61,518 nt of DNA from Fidelibacterota bacterium (lineage in GTDB: Bacteria > Fidelibacterota > Marinisomatia > Marinisomatales > Marinisomataceae). The DNA lies in NCBI GenBank assembly GCA_029253045.1, contig JAQXAG010000048.1, positions 1 to 61,518 on the forward strand, in the 5' to 3' direction. The position numbers and the translations under genes are program-made. This document shows, piece after piece, positions 40,551 to 52,300 of this stretch (position 1 is the first letter of the stretch; each line of letters begins with the position of its first letter). The notes beneath the pieces were generated by a model. That model worked only from the letters and a program-made list of their open reading frames with translations, was not told the DNA's origin and searched no databases.

Positions 40551-43500
40551 ATGCCTTTTAATTTATATTGCAATGCTTCAGACACAACTCCTAGAGTTTT
40601 CAGGAGAGATATTAGAGGTTCTTACAATCCGTCTGATGCGGATAAAGAAAAATTGCAATCTACAGCTTTTGTAAAGTCTTTAGACTTGTTGTGCGAAGGT
40701 CCAATCGAGGGTTTAGTTGATGCAACAGGAAAATTAGTAAAAGGAAATGACATATTAAAGGGTGTCTATTTAAATGAAGTCCCAGTTCAATTAACTAGCA
40801 ATTCCGCTTCACCTATATATAATTTTAGAAATATATCTTTGGCATATAAAAAAGGCACAGAAACCCAGACCCCTTTTTATAATAATCAAGATGATAATTT
40901 TTATTGGTTAAGAGATTTTTCCTATACATCTAAAACCGTTAGTATTGGCGTTGATTTAAATAATCAAACCGTACTTGAAGCCGATGCTCAAGCAAAAAAA
41001 TTAAATGCACAATCCTCTTATTCTGTAATTGATCAAGATGTAGATTTTCTTGGATTAACTTTGAATGTCAGTCAATGTTATAATACAGACGAAGAAGGAA
41101 TCCATCAGCCAAATGAAGGTGGGTTTCAGATATGGGGAGATATAACTGGAGTCGCTCATAGGAGTTTAGGAGAATTTGAAGTTGCTCCAATTATTGATGA
41201 TGGGGTTAATGAGTATAATGTAAATGTAACATTCAAAGGGTTAGCTTTATCTCCTTACAAAGAAGACATATTTTTAAAACTAAAAGATGCTAAAGATATT
41301 GGTTCTAGTAGACCTAGACATGTACATATAAGAAATACAACAACCCAATCTTTAAATTTTAGAACAAAGTTTGCGGCTTCTTTAGATGCAGCAACAGAAA
41401 TAGTAGATGTAAATCTAAAAAACCCCAACTCCGCTATGGTTGCAGCCGTAACTAGTGCGGAGAATTTTTCGAGCCCACCTACTAGAACATTTGATGTAAA
41501 GCTTAAAAAGGTAAAATTACCAAGTAATTATGTAGATAAATTAGAGGGGCCAGATGGACCTACTAAAAAAAGAGCATATGCATCTTCGTATGGAGCGGCA
41601 GGATCTGAAGCAGAAAGTGAAAATAGACACGAGGGCTATTGGGATGGAAATTTTAAAGAAGAACTAGAATGGACGGATAATCCTGCTTGGATACTATATG
41701 ATTTACTCACCAATGATAGGTATGGATTGGGAGAATATATAAAAAATGCAGATGTAGATAAATGGGAGCTATTTAAGATAGCTAAGTATTGCGATGATTT
41801 AGTTCCGACATCAATGGGTAATTCATCTAATGATGGATTCATAAAAGAAAGAAGGTTTTCATGTAATATATTATTAACAAATGCTTCTGATGCATATCAA
41901 ACTTTAAATGAAATAGCATCAATATTTAGAGGTATAGCATATTTTAATAATTTAGAAATATTTTTAGCTAGCAATACTTTAAAAGAGTCAATAACTACAT
42001 TTACTAATGACAATGTAATAGATGGTATGTTTAGATACGGAGGAGCTCCAGAACATACAAAATTTACCGCAATAAAAGTAGCATACAAAGACAAAACAGA
42101 CTCTTTCTTACCAAAGTATACATACATAGAAGACGCAGAAGGGATAATAAGATACGGTTTAAGGCTTAAAGAAATGACAGCAGTAGGCTGTACATCAAGA
42201 GATCAAGCTTTAAGGTTAGGAAGGTGGACTTTGCTTACGTCCAACCTAGAAGAAGAAACAGTAAATTTCGCAACAGATAGACAAGCAGATTATTTACAAC
42301 CTGGAGAGGTTTTTACAATTCAAGACGATTTAAGAAAAGAATTTAAAATAGCAGGAAGGGTAAAACATGTAGAGAATCACCACAGTTCTGTAGATAAAAA
42401 TTTTATATTATTAGATAGAGAAATAGAAACTGATAAATACGACTTAACCTCTATATCTTTTTTAATTCCAAGCGAAGACTATCAAGAAGATGGCTCTACA
42501 GAACAATTCAAAGAATTTGTTCATAGGAATGGTTATAATATAGGGGGGCAAGATAATGGAGATAGAGTGCCTCCTTACTTTTCTCCAGTTATTCCCCTGC
42601 ACTCAACAACTTCCCTAAACTCATCATTACATAATTATATAGAAAACACAGCTTCTGGCGCTAAAATATTAACAGACGAAGATGAAGATTTAGTTTTAAT
42701 AAAACCTATTTCTGGATCAGAGATAAGTAATCAAGCTAGAAATAAAACATTCAATGATTATTTCTTGCAAAGTGGAGTTTTAAAGAATTTAAGAAATGGT
42801 ACAGAAAGATCCGAAGTAAGAGATAAAATAAGAGACGGTGCGATATATTTAATACACGGTGTAGCAAAAGACGGAAGCTCTACAGATTTTGAGGGCAAAG
42901 ATTATCAACTACTGTCAAAAGTAGAGAATGAAGATGGAACATATTCTATATCAGCTTTAGAGTATGACTCTGGTAAGTTTGATAAAACAGATGCCCTGTC
43001 CACAATATACACTGAAACAGATTACAATTATGAGCCAGGAGATGGAAATCCAGGAGGCCCTGGAAGCGGACCTCCGCCCCCGTCTCAACCGCCTGTAGAT
43101 GCTCCAGTTACCCAAGTCATAAACCTTGGATACCCTAAAGTTAATACAGTAGATTTAACTGTTCAGAGCAGCGGGGTGGTAAACTCACAAGGAGAAGTAA
43201 GATCTAAGGTAAAATATTACTTTCATAACACCGCAGAAAATCAAGATTATTACAGAAACAAGTTATCAAATGGATATTATGGATTTAGACTTTCTCAAAT
43301 ATCAGATGATTATTACGGAAAATTATTAACAGCTTTAGATAATTCAGAAAAAGTTTTACAGCATGGTCAATATATAATTTCTGGAATTCAAGATTGCGGA
43401 GATTATAGAGTAATTTACGATAACACATCTCCAGGAAATGATTATCACAAAACTCCAAGTGGTAAAGCAGTAATAGGGGGAACAGACAATTTATCTGTAG

Positions 43501-46500
43501 CACTATCCACCTTTAAGGTTTCTGATTTTACTCCATTTCTGGAGGTAGAAAGACCTAGAGCCACAAATGAATTTGGTGATTTAAAAGTAGAAGGCTGCAC
43601 CGTATTTGATACAACATACGAAAATAAAGAATTAAATGGAGTATTATCTGGCGAATTTGAACTACCAGATCCTGATGCTTATTATCAATTGAGATGGTAC
43701 GAAGCAAATTCCTTTGGAAGAAGTCCTGAAAAAATAATGATATTTAAAGGGGCTAAAGATTTAAAACCACCAGCAATACCCACAAACTTTAATGTATCAA
43801 TAAATGATCTTTTCCCTAATTTAATTAATTTTGAATGGGACCATCAAGAATCTAAAGATTCTGACTTAATAGGATTTAGAATTTACACTGGACATGAAGA
43901 CTCCGCAGATCCAAGTTTAAAATTTACAAATTATTCAGATGAGATAAATCCTTTCAATCAATACTACACCCCAAAACAAGGATCTTCATTCGCAGAAGTT
44001 GTTGGGAAAAATGCAAGATATTTTACGTACGAAGCTGACACATCGGATGGAACATTAAGGAACAACAAAGGTCAAGCTATAGGTTTTGGAGAAAAAGCGG
44101 CTTTCCATATTAGAGCTTTTGACTATTCAGAAAACTTAAGCGACGCAGATAATAGTAACATACTTTCTCTCTTGAGTGTATCAGCCGCTCCTGATTTATA
44201 TTTATCTGGAGAAATAGCTGAAGAGGGAGTGGGGACCGATAATTATAGATGGACTCCTACTATGCATGTTTTTTATTCTGGTTCATATCATGAATATAAA
44301 TCTTTTAGGAATTATCATTTAAAAATGACTGACGAAACATACGGGTTTGGTGCTCCTAGATCCTATGTAATAAATAAACAAGACATTAAAGTAGCCCCAC
44401 AAAGATTTGGAGCGGGAGCTTCTGGGTATTATGAATTAAGAGAGGTTTTGCCCGAAGCAACTTATTACGGAGAAATATATGCCGTAATGAATGATGGAAG
44501 AGAATCAAAAGAAGGAAATTATAGAGCATCAATACCTAAAGACCTTTTTCCTCCAGCAAAATTAAGTGACTTTAGGGTATCTAAACAATTTTCTAATTTT
44601 AGATTTTCTTGGGAGGTTCCAGAAGAAAGGGATGTAGAAAAAGTTTTGCTATATACTGGAAGCGGTCATTCTAATTGGGGGGTAAGCCTAACTGACGAAG
44701 ATACCACCACCAACTTAACTAATCCAGAATTTACTCCTCAAGTTCCCCATTTTATAGTCTCTGATCCTACGGATTTCCCTTCATCGCCTATTGATAAGTT
44801 TAGAGAATTTGGTCAAGAATCATGGGAGAAAACTAAATTTCCATTTCATGCTGTTCCAGTCGATACATCTAACAACACTGGCATGTATAGCAATTATACA
44901 TATAGGTATGTTAATTTGGCTGGGCCAGAGGTACATACTAGTGGACAAGCTCATCCTGACGGAAGATCTTTAATTCATGTATTTTACTCTGGTATTGGGC
45001 AGAATGATGAATCTTTTAAATTTTACGAAACAGAATATCAAGATGTAAGCTCTGACGATTCATTTTTAATAAACTCTTATCCAGACTCTAAAAAAGCTCA
45101 ATTAGATTATCCTTCAATAGGTAAAGGTTCTGGGCATTTTAGCTTTGAAGCTTTAGGTAACCATTTATACGAAGTAAGAACAAGAGTAGTCTTTGATTCA
45201 TTTGAGTCACAATTTTCTGATGATGTTAGACTAACAAATTATAAGCATGGAATAACATCAAAATATATATATGCTCCGCCTGATAGAATCCCACCAGGAA
45301 GACCAGAATGGATAGCTTCTCAAAAGAACGGTCCGAATGCATTTTTATCATGGGACAATCCCCCTGATAAAGATTTAAAATCAATACTTTTATATACTGG
45401 TTATGAAAATTTTACAGGCGAAGAAGATGGAACTTATTTGCATCAAAATTCATTAACTAATGTTGATGTAATACCCTTAAAAGATTTTAGAAAAAATTCT
45501 CAGAATGATTTGTATTTTTGGTTAAGAGGTGTTGATACATCAAATAATACTGGAGATTGGAGCATAGGAAATACTGCAATAGGTAATCCAGATCAAAAAG
45601 ATTTACAAGGAAGATATTATAATAGTGGTCAAAGAATTGGTATAGGTAAACCAGAACCGTTATACAGAGAGCATATTACAGCTACTACTGGAATAGAAAT
45701 GGACGATAAGGGAGATGGCTCTTCTAAAGCATTTATATCCTATGTTATAACGGGAAAATTAGATTATCAAAGAGCATACTATAAAGTAGATTTATCTAAA
45801 AAAAGCAATTATAAAATATTAAGAGGGTCTCAAAATATAGATATTGAACATGACCCTTTAACAAATACTATGACTGGAAGTGGAGTCTTTTCTGACTTAG
45901 TGTCCGATGAAGACTTTTATTTAAGAGCTAGGTATCAAGAATTTGATGGAAGAGTCAGTGATTATACTGATTGCATACAGAACCCTATAAGAACTCCTAA
46001 GGATTCAACTCCACCCCAAAATCCAACAAATTTTGTTATAGTATCTGGTCCTAAACAGAATATAATAAACTGGAAATGGAACCAAGGAGTATCAAAAGAT
46101 TTAGCTTCATTATTAGTATATAAAACTGGCATACCAACAGGAAGAATAAATAAGGATTCTGATGAAAATAATTGCTGGCATTCTAGAGATATTAGTGGAT
46201 ATTTTGAAAAATACCCTGAAGAATATGAATTTCAATTAGCTCCTTCTACATCTTTTATTGATAATGATGTTATTACTGGCTTGAATTACAATTGGGGTTC
46301 ACCAGGAAATGTTTACGGGAAATATGAGCGTCCGCTAGAAACAGTATACTATCATTACTTTATAAAAACAATAGATAGATCTGGGAATACAGGAATAGGA
46401 TTTGTTTCTGGAGTATCTCAAGACACTCATACTTCTTATCCAATAAATGCATCCAAAACTGTTCACACATCTCATGCCAATGATAGATATGCACAGACAC

Positions 46501-49193
46501 CGCATAACCAAGGTTATGTAACTGGAGGAGCAATAAGCGCGAGTTATATTTCTAATGTTTATGCTGGAGATATAATATCTTCAAAAATCACTTCTACAGA
46601 TTTTATTTTAGCGCACCCTAGTGGAAGAATATTAAGTGATTCCATTCATACACTGGGGCCTTCATACGGACCTAATCCTGGACCAAATGTACATGAATAT
46701 GACTACTTAGCAGGACCTGGTTTATACATGGATCATAAAATGTTCAGAATTGGAGATCCTGATGGATTTGGAATGTTTTGGACTGGAGAAAAACTTGTAG
46801 ACGGATCATTTAAACAACCGACTTTCAGGCATGATGCTGATGGATGGCATGCTATAGATATAGACCCTAATACTCTTGAGATCAGGGGCAATCTAACTGC
46901 TGGAACTATACAGATAGGAGCTAATAAACAAGCCGCATTAGATGTTGATCAGTATGGTAATTTAAGCATAGGAGATCAAAGAAAAAATATAAAAGGGTTT
47001 TTTACTGGCACCCTAGGATATAGTGGAGTATTAGCTGATGAGGTTGGAATGACCGAACCTGCACCTCTTGTGCCTGGAATAACAGATGATGCAGGTAAGG
47101 CATATGTGCAACTTAATCTAGAAGATTACCAAAATTACGAATTATCTGATTTAGCTGGTGGAGGAATGTTTATAGAATTGCATTGGCAGAGAGATGGCGG
47201 GGTTTATAATGGAATAGAAACCAGACAGGTTCTAGATATCGATCTCAGGCCAGATAGAGATTACACTCAAGGGTTTGGTAAAGTAAGGTTAGGTGGCGCC
47301 GCTGGCTCTTTTGACGGTGTAGATTTTACAACTAGATTTGGAAATACATATAATTTCAAAGGAGTAACAACTACTGGAGCTTTAATATATTACGATCAAG
47401 AAAGCGATAAAGATAATCCGCTATACTCTTTACCAAAAGATAGGGATTGGTTTCAAATACATAATGCTAAATTTAAAGTTTTAAATGATGGTTCTGTTTT
47501 TGCAGATAGCGCTCAAATAGGAGGTGTAGTAAAAGCAGATTCTTTCCAAGCAGGAAACAACATCACATTAGGAGACCAAGAAAACCAATATAATACAATG
47601 ATATCCAGTTTTGGATTCGTTGATGATCTTCCATGCAAAGACCCAACCCAAGATGGAAGAGGTTGGGGAATAAAGGGTGACGGGCATGCAGTATTTAAAA
47701 GTATAGATATTAGATCAGGAATGATAAGTGGTGTATCTATTGCCGCTGGAGATTGTGATAGTAGAGATCATTTTAGAGTAAATACACGTGGAGATATATC
47801 AGTTGGGCCAAGCAATGATTATGCGAGTAATAATTTCTATGTAACAAGACGGGGAGAGCTTCATGCAACAGATGCATTCTTCTCTGGAGATGTTACTATT
47901 ACTGGGATATTGGATGTTGGAGAAGGACTTCAGATAGCTACAGAGGTAATAGGTCATGACGATGGAGACCCCGATACATTTCATGCTGAAGGCACAAAAG
48001 GCATACTCATAACAAAAGACGACATAAGATCTACTAATTACGATGATTCTAATTTTACCTTGCCTCCAATGGTTGGGCATGGCGCACCGCAAAATAGAGG
48101 GTGGAAAATAACAAATGATGGTAATGCTGTATTTTTTGGAGCATATGTAACTGGCGGTTTTCTAAGCGGTAATTCTATAATAGCTGGAGAAGGAACTCCT
48201 GATCATCCATATTTTAAAATATCATCAGATGGAGAAATGCAGGTAGGTGCATTCGGGCCTGGGGTAACAGCTGCTTCAGCACCAACATCAGGTCAAGGGC
48301 TACACATTGATAGAAAAGGAAGGCTTTATGCTCAAGATGCATATATAAGAGGTAACATAACAGGAGATGCAGGAAAAATAGGATCCTTATATATAGCTAG
48401 AAATTATTTAGCAACATACGATCATAGTACAAAAGGAAAAAATACTAGAAGTAATGTTAAATGGCAAGAAGGAAAAACTGGAATATATCTCGGAAAGAAT
48501 GGTGACATATCTATAGCTAACGAAAAAGGATTAATATTTGCCTATGATCCAGATCAAAATTCTGATTATGTTACCATAACTGGATTAGCTTCTAGTAGCA
48601 ATAAAGCATCTGAGTTAGCCGCATTAACTAATCAAAACGATCAAACACCTTGGGCTGGAGATGGAAAAGGTAAGGGATTTGTATTTGCAGGAGATGGAGA
48701 TAACTGGTTGGCAAATTTTACAACAGATCCATATAGTGCTTCTGGAATAGCTAGACAGGTAGAAACTCAAATTAATGGAGACATACAAAGCCCGCAAAAA
48801 GATAAAGACTATACTGTTATGGCAAAATCTCCAATTGGATATACTGTTTTAGGTATATATATGGAAACTGACGCTGGAGATTGTACTGTTGCTTGGAGTA
48901 AAAATGCACCAAAAACAACAGTTCGAAGTATGTTGGGTTTAGATAAAGCTGGAGCTGGATATATTAATATGAGTGTTGACGATAACGGATCGTACCATAA
49001 TTTTACAGATATAGAATATAAACATGGAACGGCAAATACTGTAGTTCCAACAAACACAACAGCAGCTAATGTAATAAATCCTTTAAGTAACGATTGTTAT
49101 ATAGTTTGTACTCCTACGGCTGTAGGCACAACAACTTCATTAAGATTTAGAATAGACTTAAAAAGAAGTGGAAGTGAAGACACAAAAAATTAG
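40551..49193 (+). CDS. host-specificity / central tail fibre protein, lambda gpJ-like, 2,880 aa
   Basis: LDLLCEGPIEGLVD, GVYLNEVPV and NPAWILYDLLTNDRYGLGEYI (nt 41679-41741) are typical gpJ blocks. There is a Pro-rich linker GNPGGPGSGPPPPSQPPVDAP (~43040-43110), four FN3-like modules, and a long C-terminal extension with repeated beta-helix-like units. Confidence 0.85.
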   Translation: MPFNLYCNASDTTPRVFRRDIRGSYNPSDADKEKLQSTAFVKSLDLLCEGPIEGLVDATGKLVKGNDILKGVYLNEVPVQLTSNSASPIYNFRNISLAYKKGTETQTPFYNNQDDNFYWLRDFSYTSKTVSIGVDLNNQTVLEADAQAKKLNAQSSYSVIDQDVDFLGLTLNVSQCYNTDEEGIHQPNEGGFQIWGDITGVAHRSLGEFEVAPIIDDGVNEYNVNVTFKGLALSPYKEDIFLKLKDAKDIGSSRPRHVHIRNTTTQSLNFRTKFAASLDAATEIVDVNLKNPNSAMVAAVTSAENFSSPPTRTFDVKLKKVKLPSNYVDKLEGPDGPTKKRAYASSYGAAGSEAESENRHEGYWDGNFKEELEWTDNPAWILYDLLTNDRYGLGEYIKNADVDKWELFKIAKYCDDLVPTSMGNSSNDGFIKERRFSCNILLTNASDAYQTLNEIASIFRGIAYFNNLEIFLASNTLKESITTFTNDNVIDGMFRYGGAPEHTKFTAIKVAYKDKTDSFLPKYTYIEDAEGIIRYGLRLKEMTAVGCTSRDQALRLGRWTLLTSNLEEETVNFATDRQADYLQPGEVFTIQDDLRKEFKIAGRVKHVENHHSSVDKNFILLDREIETDKYDLTSISFLIPSEDYQEDGSTEQFKEFVHRNGYNIGGQDNGDRVPPYFSPVIPLHSTTSLNSSLHNYIENTASGAKILTDEDEDLVLIKPISGSEISNQARNKTFNDYFLQSGVLKNLRNGTERSEVRDKIRDGAIYLIHGVAKDGSSTDFEGKDYQLLSKVENEDGTYSISALEYDSGKFDKTDALSTIYTETDYNYEPGDGNPGGPGSGPPPPSQPPVDAPVTQVINLGYPKVNTVDLTVQSSGVVNSQGEVRSKVKYYFHNTAENQDYYRNKLSNGYYGFRLSQISDDYYGKLLTALDNSEKVLQHGQYIISGIQDCGDYRVIYDNTSPGNDYHKTPSGKAVIGGTDNLSVALSTFKVSDFTPFLEVERPRATNEFGDLKVEGCTVFDTTYENKELNGVLSGEFELPDPDAYYQLRWYEANSFGRSPEKIMIFKGAKDLKPPAIPTNFNVSINDLFPNLINFEWDHQESKDSDLIGFRIYTGHEDSADPSLKFTNYSDEINPFNQYYTPKQGSSFAEVVGKNARYFTYEADTSDGTLRNNKGQAIGFGEKAAFHIRAFDYSENLSDADNSNILSLLSVSAAPDLYLSGEIAEEGVGTDNYRWTPTMHVFYSGSYHEYKSFRNYHLKMTDETYGFGAPRSYVINKQDIKVAPQRFGAGASGYYELREVLPEATYYGEIYAVMNDGRESKEGNYRASIPKDLFPPAKLSDFRVSKQFSNFRFSWEVPEERDVEKVLLYTGSGHSNWGVSLTDEDTTTNLTNPEFTPQVPHFIVSDPTDFPSSPIDKFREFGQESWEKTKFPFHAVPVDTSNNTGMYSNYTYRYVNLAGPEVHTSGQAHPDGRSLIHVFYSGIGQNDESFKFYETEYQDVSSDDSFLINSYPDSKKAQLDYPSIGKGSGHFSFEALGNHLYEVRTRVVFDSFESQFSDDVRLTNYKHGITSKYIYAPPDRIPPGRPEWIASQKNGPNAFLSWDNPPDKDLKSILLYTGYENFTGEEDGTYLHQNSLTNVDVIPLKDFRKNSQNDLYFWLRGVDTSNNTGDWSIGNTAIGNPDQKDLQGRYYNSGQRIGIGKPEPLYREHITATTGIEMDDKGDGSSKAFISYVITGKLDYQRAYYKVDLSKKSNYKILRGSQNIDIEHDPLTNTMTGSGVFSDLVSDEDFYLRARYQEFDGRVSDYTDCIQNPIRTPKDSTPPQNPTNFVIVSGPKQNIINWKWNQGVSKDLASLLVYKTGIPTGRINKDSDENNCWHSRDISGYFEKYPEEYEFQLAPSTSFIDNDVITGLNYNWGSPGNVYGKYERPLETVYYHYFIKTIDRSGNTGIGFVSGVSQDTHTSYPINASKTVHTSHANDRYAQTPHNQGYVTGGAISASYISNVYAGDIISSKITSTDFILAHPSGRILSDSIHTLGPSYGPNPGPNVHEYDYLAGPGLYMDHKMFRIGDPDGFGMFWTGEKLVDGSFKQPTFRHDADGWHAIDIDPNTLEIRGNLTAGTIQIGANKQAALDVDQYGNLSIGDQRKNIKGFFTGTLGYSGVLADEVGMTEPAPLVPGITDDAGKAYVQLNLEDYQNYELSDLAGGGMFIELHWQRDGGVYNGIETRQVLDIDLRPDRDYTQGFGKVRLGGAAGSFDGVDFTTRFGNTYNFKGVTTTGALIYYDQESDKDNPLYSLPKDRDWFQIHNAKFKVLNDGSVFADSAQIGGVVKADSFQAGNNITLGDQENQYNTMISSFGFVDDLPCKDPTQDGRGWGIKGDGHAVFKSIDIRSGMISGVSIAAGDCDSRDHFRVNTRGDISVGPSNDYASNNFYVTRRGELHATDAFFSGDVTITGILDVGEGLQIATEVIGHDDGDPDTFHAEGTKGILITKDDIRSTNYDDSNFTLPPMVGHGAPQNRGWKITNDGNAVFFGAYVTGGFLSGNSIIAGEGTPDHPYFKISSDGEMQVGAFGPGVTAASAPTSGQGLHIDRKGRLYAQDAYIRGNITGDAGKIGSLYIARNYLATYDHSTKGKNTRSNVKWQEGKTGIYLGKNGDISIANEKGLIFAYDPDQNSDYVTITGLASSSNKASELAALTNQNDQTPWAGDGKGKGFVFAGDGDNWLANFTTDPYSASGIARQVETQINGDIQSPQKDKDYTVMAKSPIGYTVLGIYMETDAGDCTVAWSKNAPKTTVRSMLGLDKAGAGYINMSVDDNGSYHNFTDIEYKHGTANTVVPTNTTAANVINPLSNDCYIVCTPTAVGTTTSLRFRIDLKRSGSEDTKN
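43764..46404 (+). repeat. four fibronectin-type-III-like modules in the J-like protein (protein-level repeat)
   Basis: PPAIPTNFNVSINDLFPNLINFEWDH...IRAFDYSENLSD; FPPAKLSDFRVSKQFSNFRFSWEVP...HAVPVDTSNNTG; IPPGRPEWIASQKNGPNAFLSWDNP...LRGVDTSNNTGDWS; STPPQNPTNFVIVSGPKQNIINWKWN...IKTIDRSGNTGIG. Confidence 0.65.
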
Positions 49194-49201
49194 TATAATA
49201 T

Positions 49202-49366
49202 ATGAACATTAGAGAATTAGATGAATTAAATATAAAAGCAATGCTTTGCGACATTTTGCTTGAAAAAGAAAATATAGAAAAAAATATAGATATATTAAAA
49301 GCAGAATTAGAAAGAAGAGAAAACGACAGAAAAGTTAAAGTTCAAAGCGGACCAGGAGGAAAGTAA
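49202..49366 (+). CDS. small coiled-coil protein (54 aa), not in ORF track
   Basis: ATG 49202, TAA 49364-49366. MNIRELDELNIKAMLCDILLEKENIEKNIDILKAELERRENDRKVKVQSGPGGK. It fills the gap between the J-like and fibre genes, and the next gene starts 6 nt later. Confidence 0.35.
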   Translation: MNIRELDELNIKAMLCDILLEKENIEKNIDILKAELERRENDRKVKVQSGPGGK

Positions 49367-49372
49367 TAAATT

Positions 49373-52300
49373 GTGCCATTCGATCAAATCTATTGGAATA
49401 ACTATGGATCTGGAGACTTTGCGGATCCAGGATATACTGATGTTGGAACATCTGGTGATGTCAGATTTGGAGTAACAAGTACAGCAGATTGTCACAGCAC
49501 ATTTTCTTTTTACGGAAAAAGAAGAAAGAGGTTTGGGTCTTTTTGGAATTGTTTATATAGAGATAAAAAATTTCCGTATGATTCTAATAATTTTGGATCA
49601 TATGGAACGGGGGGATTTTGGGAAAATAGCCCCAGCTCTGGGTCCCCTGATCCAGCATTACCAAACCCTAATACTGGGAGTACTGCAGGGTCTTGTAATG
49701 AGTCTAATGGATGGATAGATAGTGGATACAGTGGAATATGTAAACCCAGGAGAGAATGGCAAGTACAGGTTGGAGATACCATTGTTTATAGTTGGCCTGG
49801 GATAGAGAGCTATACATATTCTAATTTTAATGTCAATGACATGCAGAAAACTGGAAACGCTGGAAACAATATAGCAAATGTATACACTACACCTACTGAT
49901 GATCATTTATTTCAATCACAAAATAGAGAAAGTTGTCATAATATATCAAACACAGCAAGAGTAAAAGATGCTACCAATACATTCATAGGTATACATAAAG
50001 ATTATCCCTTGTCGGTTACAACCACTAAGGCGATGAGAGGATTCTATTTAATATTAAAAAGAAAAAGATTTATTTATAATGAGTATGCTAGTAAACACAC
50101 TGAGCAGTATGGAACTTCTGGAGGTGATCATTACCAAAAAGGAGGCGGAATAAAATGGACTCACATAGATTCTAGACAAGGTAATTATTTAGAATTAAAA
50201 GATCTACTTGATAATACAGTAGACATAAAAAAACCATGGACTGATGAATATGCTGTATTAAAATCAGAATTTGAAAGTGGAGACGTGGGTAGAGATATAA
50301 TAGCATTAGAAACTAATGCAACAATCGGCTTAGTTAAAGATTCTACTTATAAAATAACACAATTTGTTGATGTAGACAATATGAAGATAAATGCTTCATC
50401 TGGGACTAAAAATATAGAATATGACGATGTTAGGGATAAATGGAATTGGATAAATTCTAAAGGCCAGATAACTCCAGGTCACGGAGGGACAGAAACAACA
50501 GATAATATTACAAATGTATTATCATCGCCATTAGGAGCTCCTCTGTCACAAAATAGAGACTATCAAGAAGTGATTCTTCTTGGAAAAAAAGTTGGCACCA
50601 CGGGTTACAATTGGAGGGCTGCGGGTGAGAATACTGCAGCGCAAACAGAATTAGAAGATCTTAAAGGATTATTTAGAAGTAAGGTTCCATGGAAAAATTT
50701 ATTCAGCCTTCCTTTAGATAATTTAGATGAAGATATAAATGAATGGTTTTACCTTTTTAACAGAACTGAGGCGAATAGACTTTATCAACAAGCAATTGTG
50801 AATAGTGCAACAGTATTACAAAATACAGCAACACAAAATTACAATACAGACCTAGCCGATACAGATGCAAAGTATGCAACATCACAAGCTGCTTCGAATA
50901 CTAGAGATGATGCAGTAAATGAGTGGAATAGATTAAAAGCAATTAATGATACAAAAGCGGCAACTAGACAGCAAGAAAAAGATACAATGGATACTTTAAA
51001 TGATGCTGAAGTCGCTGCATTAGCTGCTCTTAATACAGCTTTAACCAATAAAAATACTGCAACAGATACATACAATACAGCTTTACAAAGTTTTACATCA
51101 TGGGATAATTATTGTTATGCATGGGAAAATGCATCAGGCTGGACTGCTGAATTATCATTTTCATGGAGATGTGGACAAACATTTCCTGGATCGGCTGGTC
51201 AAGAGTCAACCTACGGGTGGCAGGCAGGAAATTATAATAATTACGTAAACTCATCGAATAATTTTACTGCTGCTGAAACTGCCTCTAATGCCGCTGATGC
51301 AGCTTATACGGCAGCAGATGCAGCTCATACCTCTGCTTTAAGTGCTTATAATGCACAAGTAATTATTTTTAATGCAGCAGATGCAGCTGCAACAGCTGCC
51401 TCTAATGCCGTAGATGCACAACTAACAGTAAAGGATACTGCGCTAGCTGCATTTAATACAGCAGAAGGAATATGGCAAGCTGCAAAAGCAATATCAGACG
51501 CTTCAGAAACGGTAATGAATACAACAATAGCAGCGACAGAAGTTGCTCAAACTTTGTACGATATATATGCCACTGCGATAGCAGCATATCCTAATAATGC
51601 AGGAGCTGCAATGACAGATAGAATACTGAATCCCATTTATTATGGAGATACCCGTTTGAATTGGAGGCAGGCTCAGATTGCAAATCTTGCAAATAATTTT
51701 AATACTGAGCTGGATAGAAGTGATCCACTTGGGGAAGATCACGATGGAAGTGTTGATCTTATAGATGCCGTAATACACCCGAACTTTGTTCCAAGAGAAA
51801 GGGCCGAAACAGGCTCTGTTTATATAAAAAATATAACAATAAAAAAGAATGGAACGGTAATTAAAGCTGAAGACGATTCCGTTGGTGAATTTATTGAAGT
51901 TCCTAGCTCTGAAATATATACAGATCAGTCTGGGGAAATACAAGCTACTGGAACTAAAGATCAGCCATGGGTAACATTTTCAAACTTATATTATAATAAA
52001 ACTAATATTATACATAGATATATATCTGAAAATTTTAAAATAAGGTTTCCAGAAGCTGGGCTTTATGAAATAGATGAAGTTCAAGCTGCTGGCAATAGAA
52101 TTAAACTAAAAACAAATTTGACAAAAGCTATAAGTAATAAAAGTTTTACACTATCAGTTCCACGAGGTTCTACTAATCCAGATTATACTTGGGGAGAAAT
52201 ACAATTAACAGAATTTGATACTGATACATATGAAACAACCAGTACTGTTGACATGACTCAACAACATAAAATTTATACCCAAAGTGGAATGACAACCATG

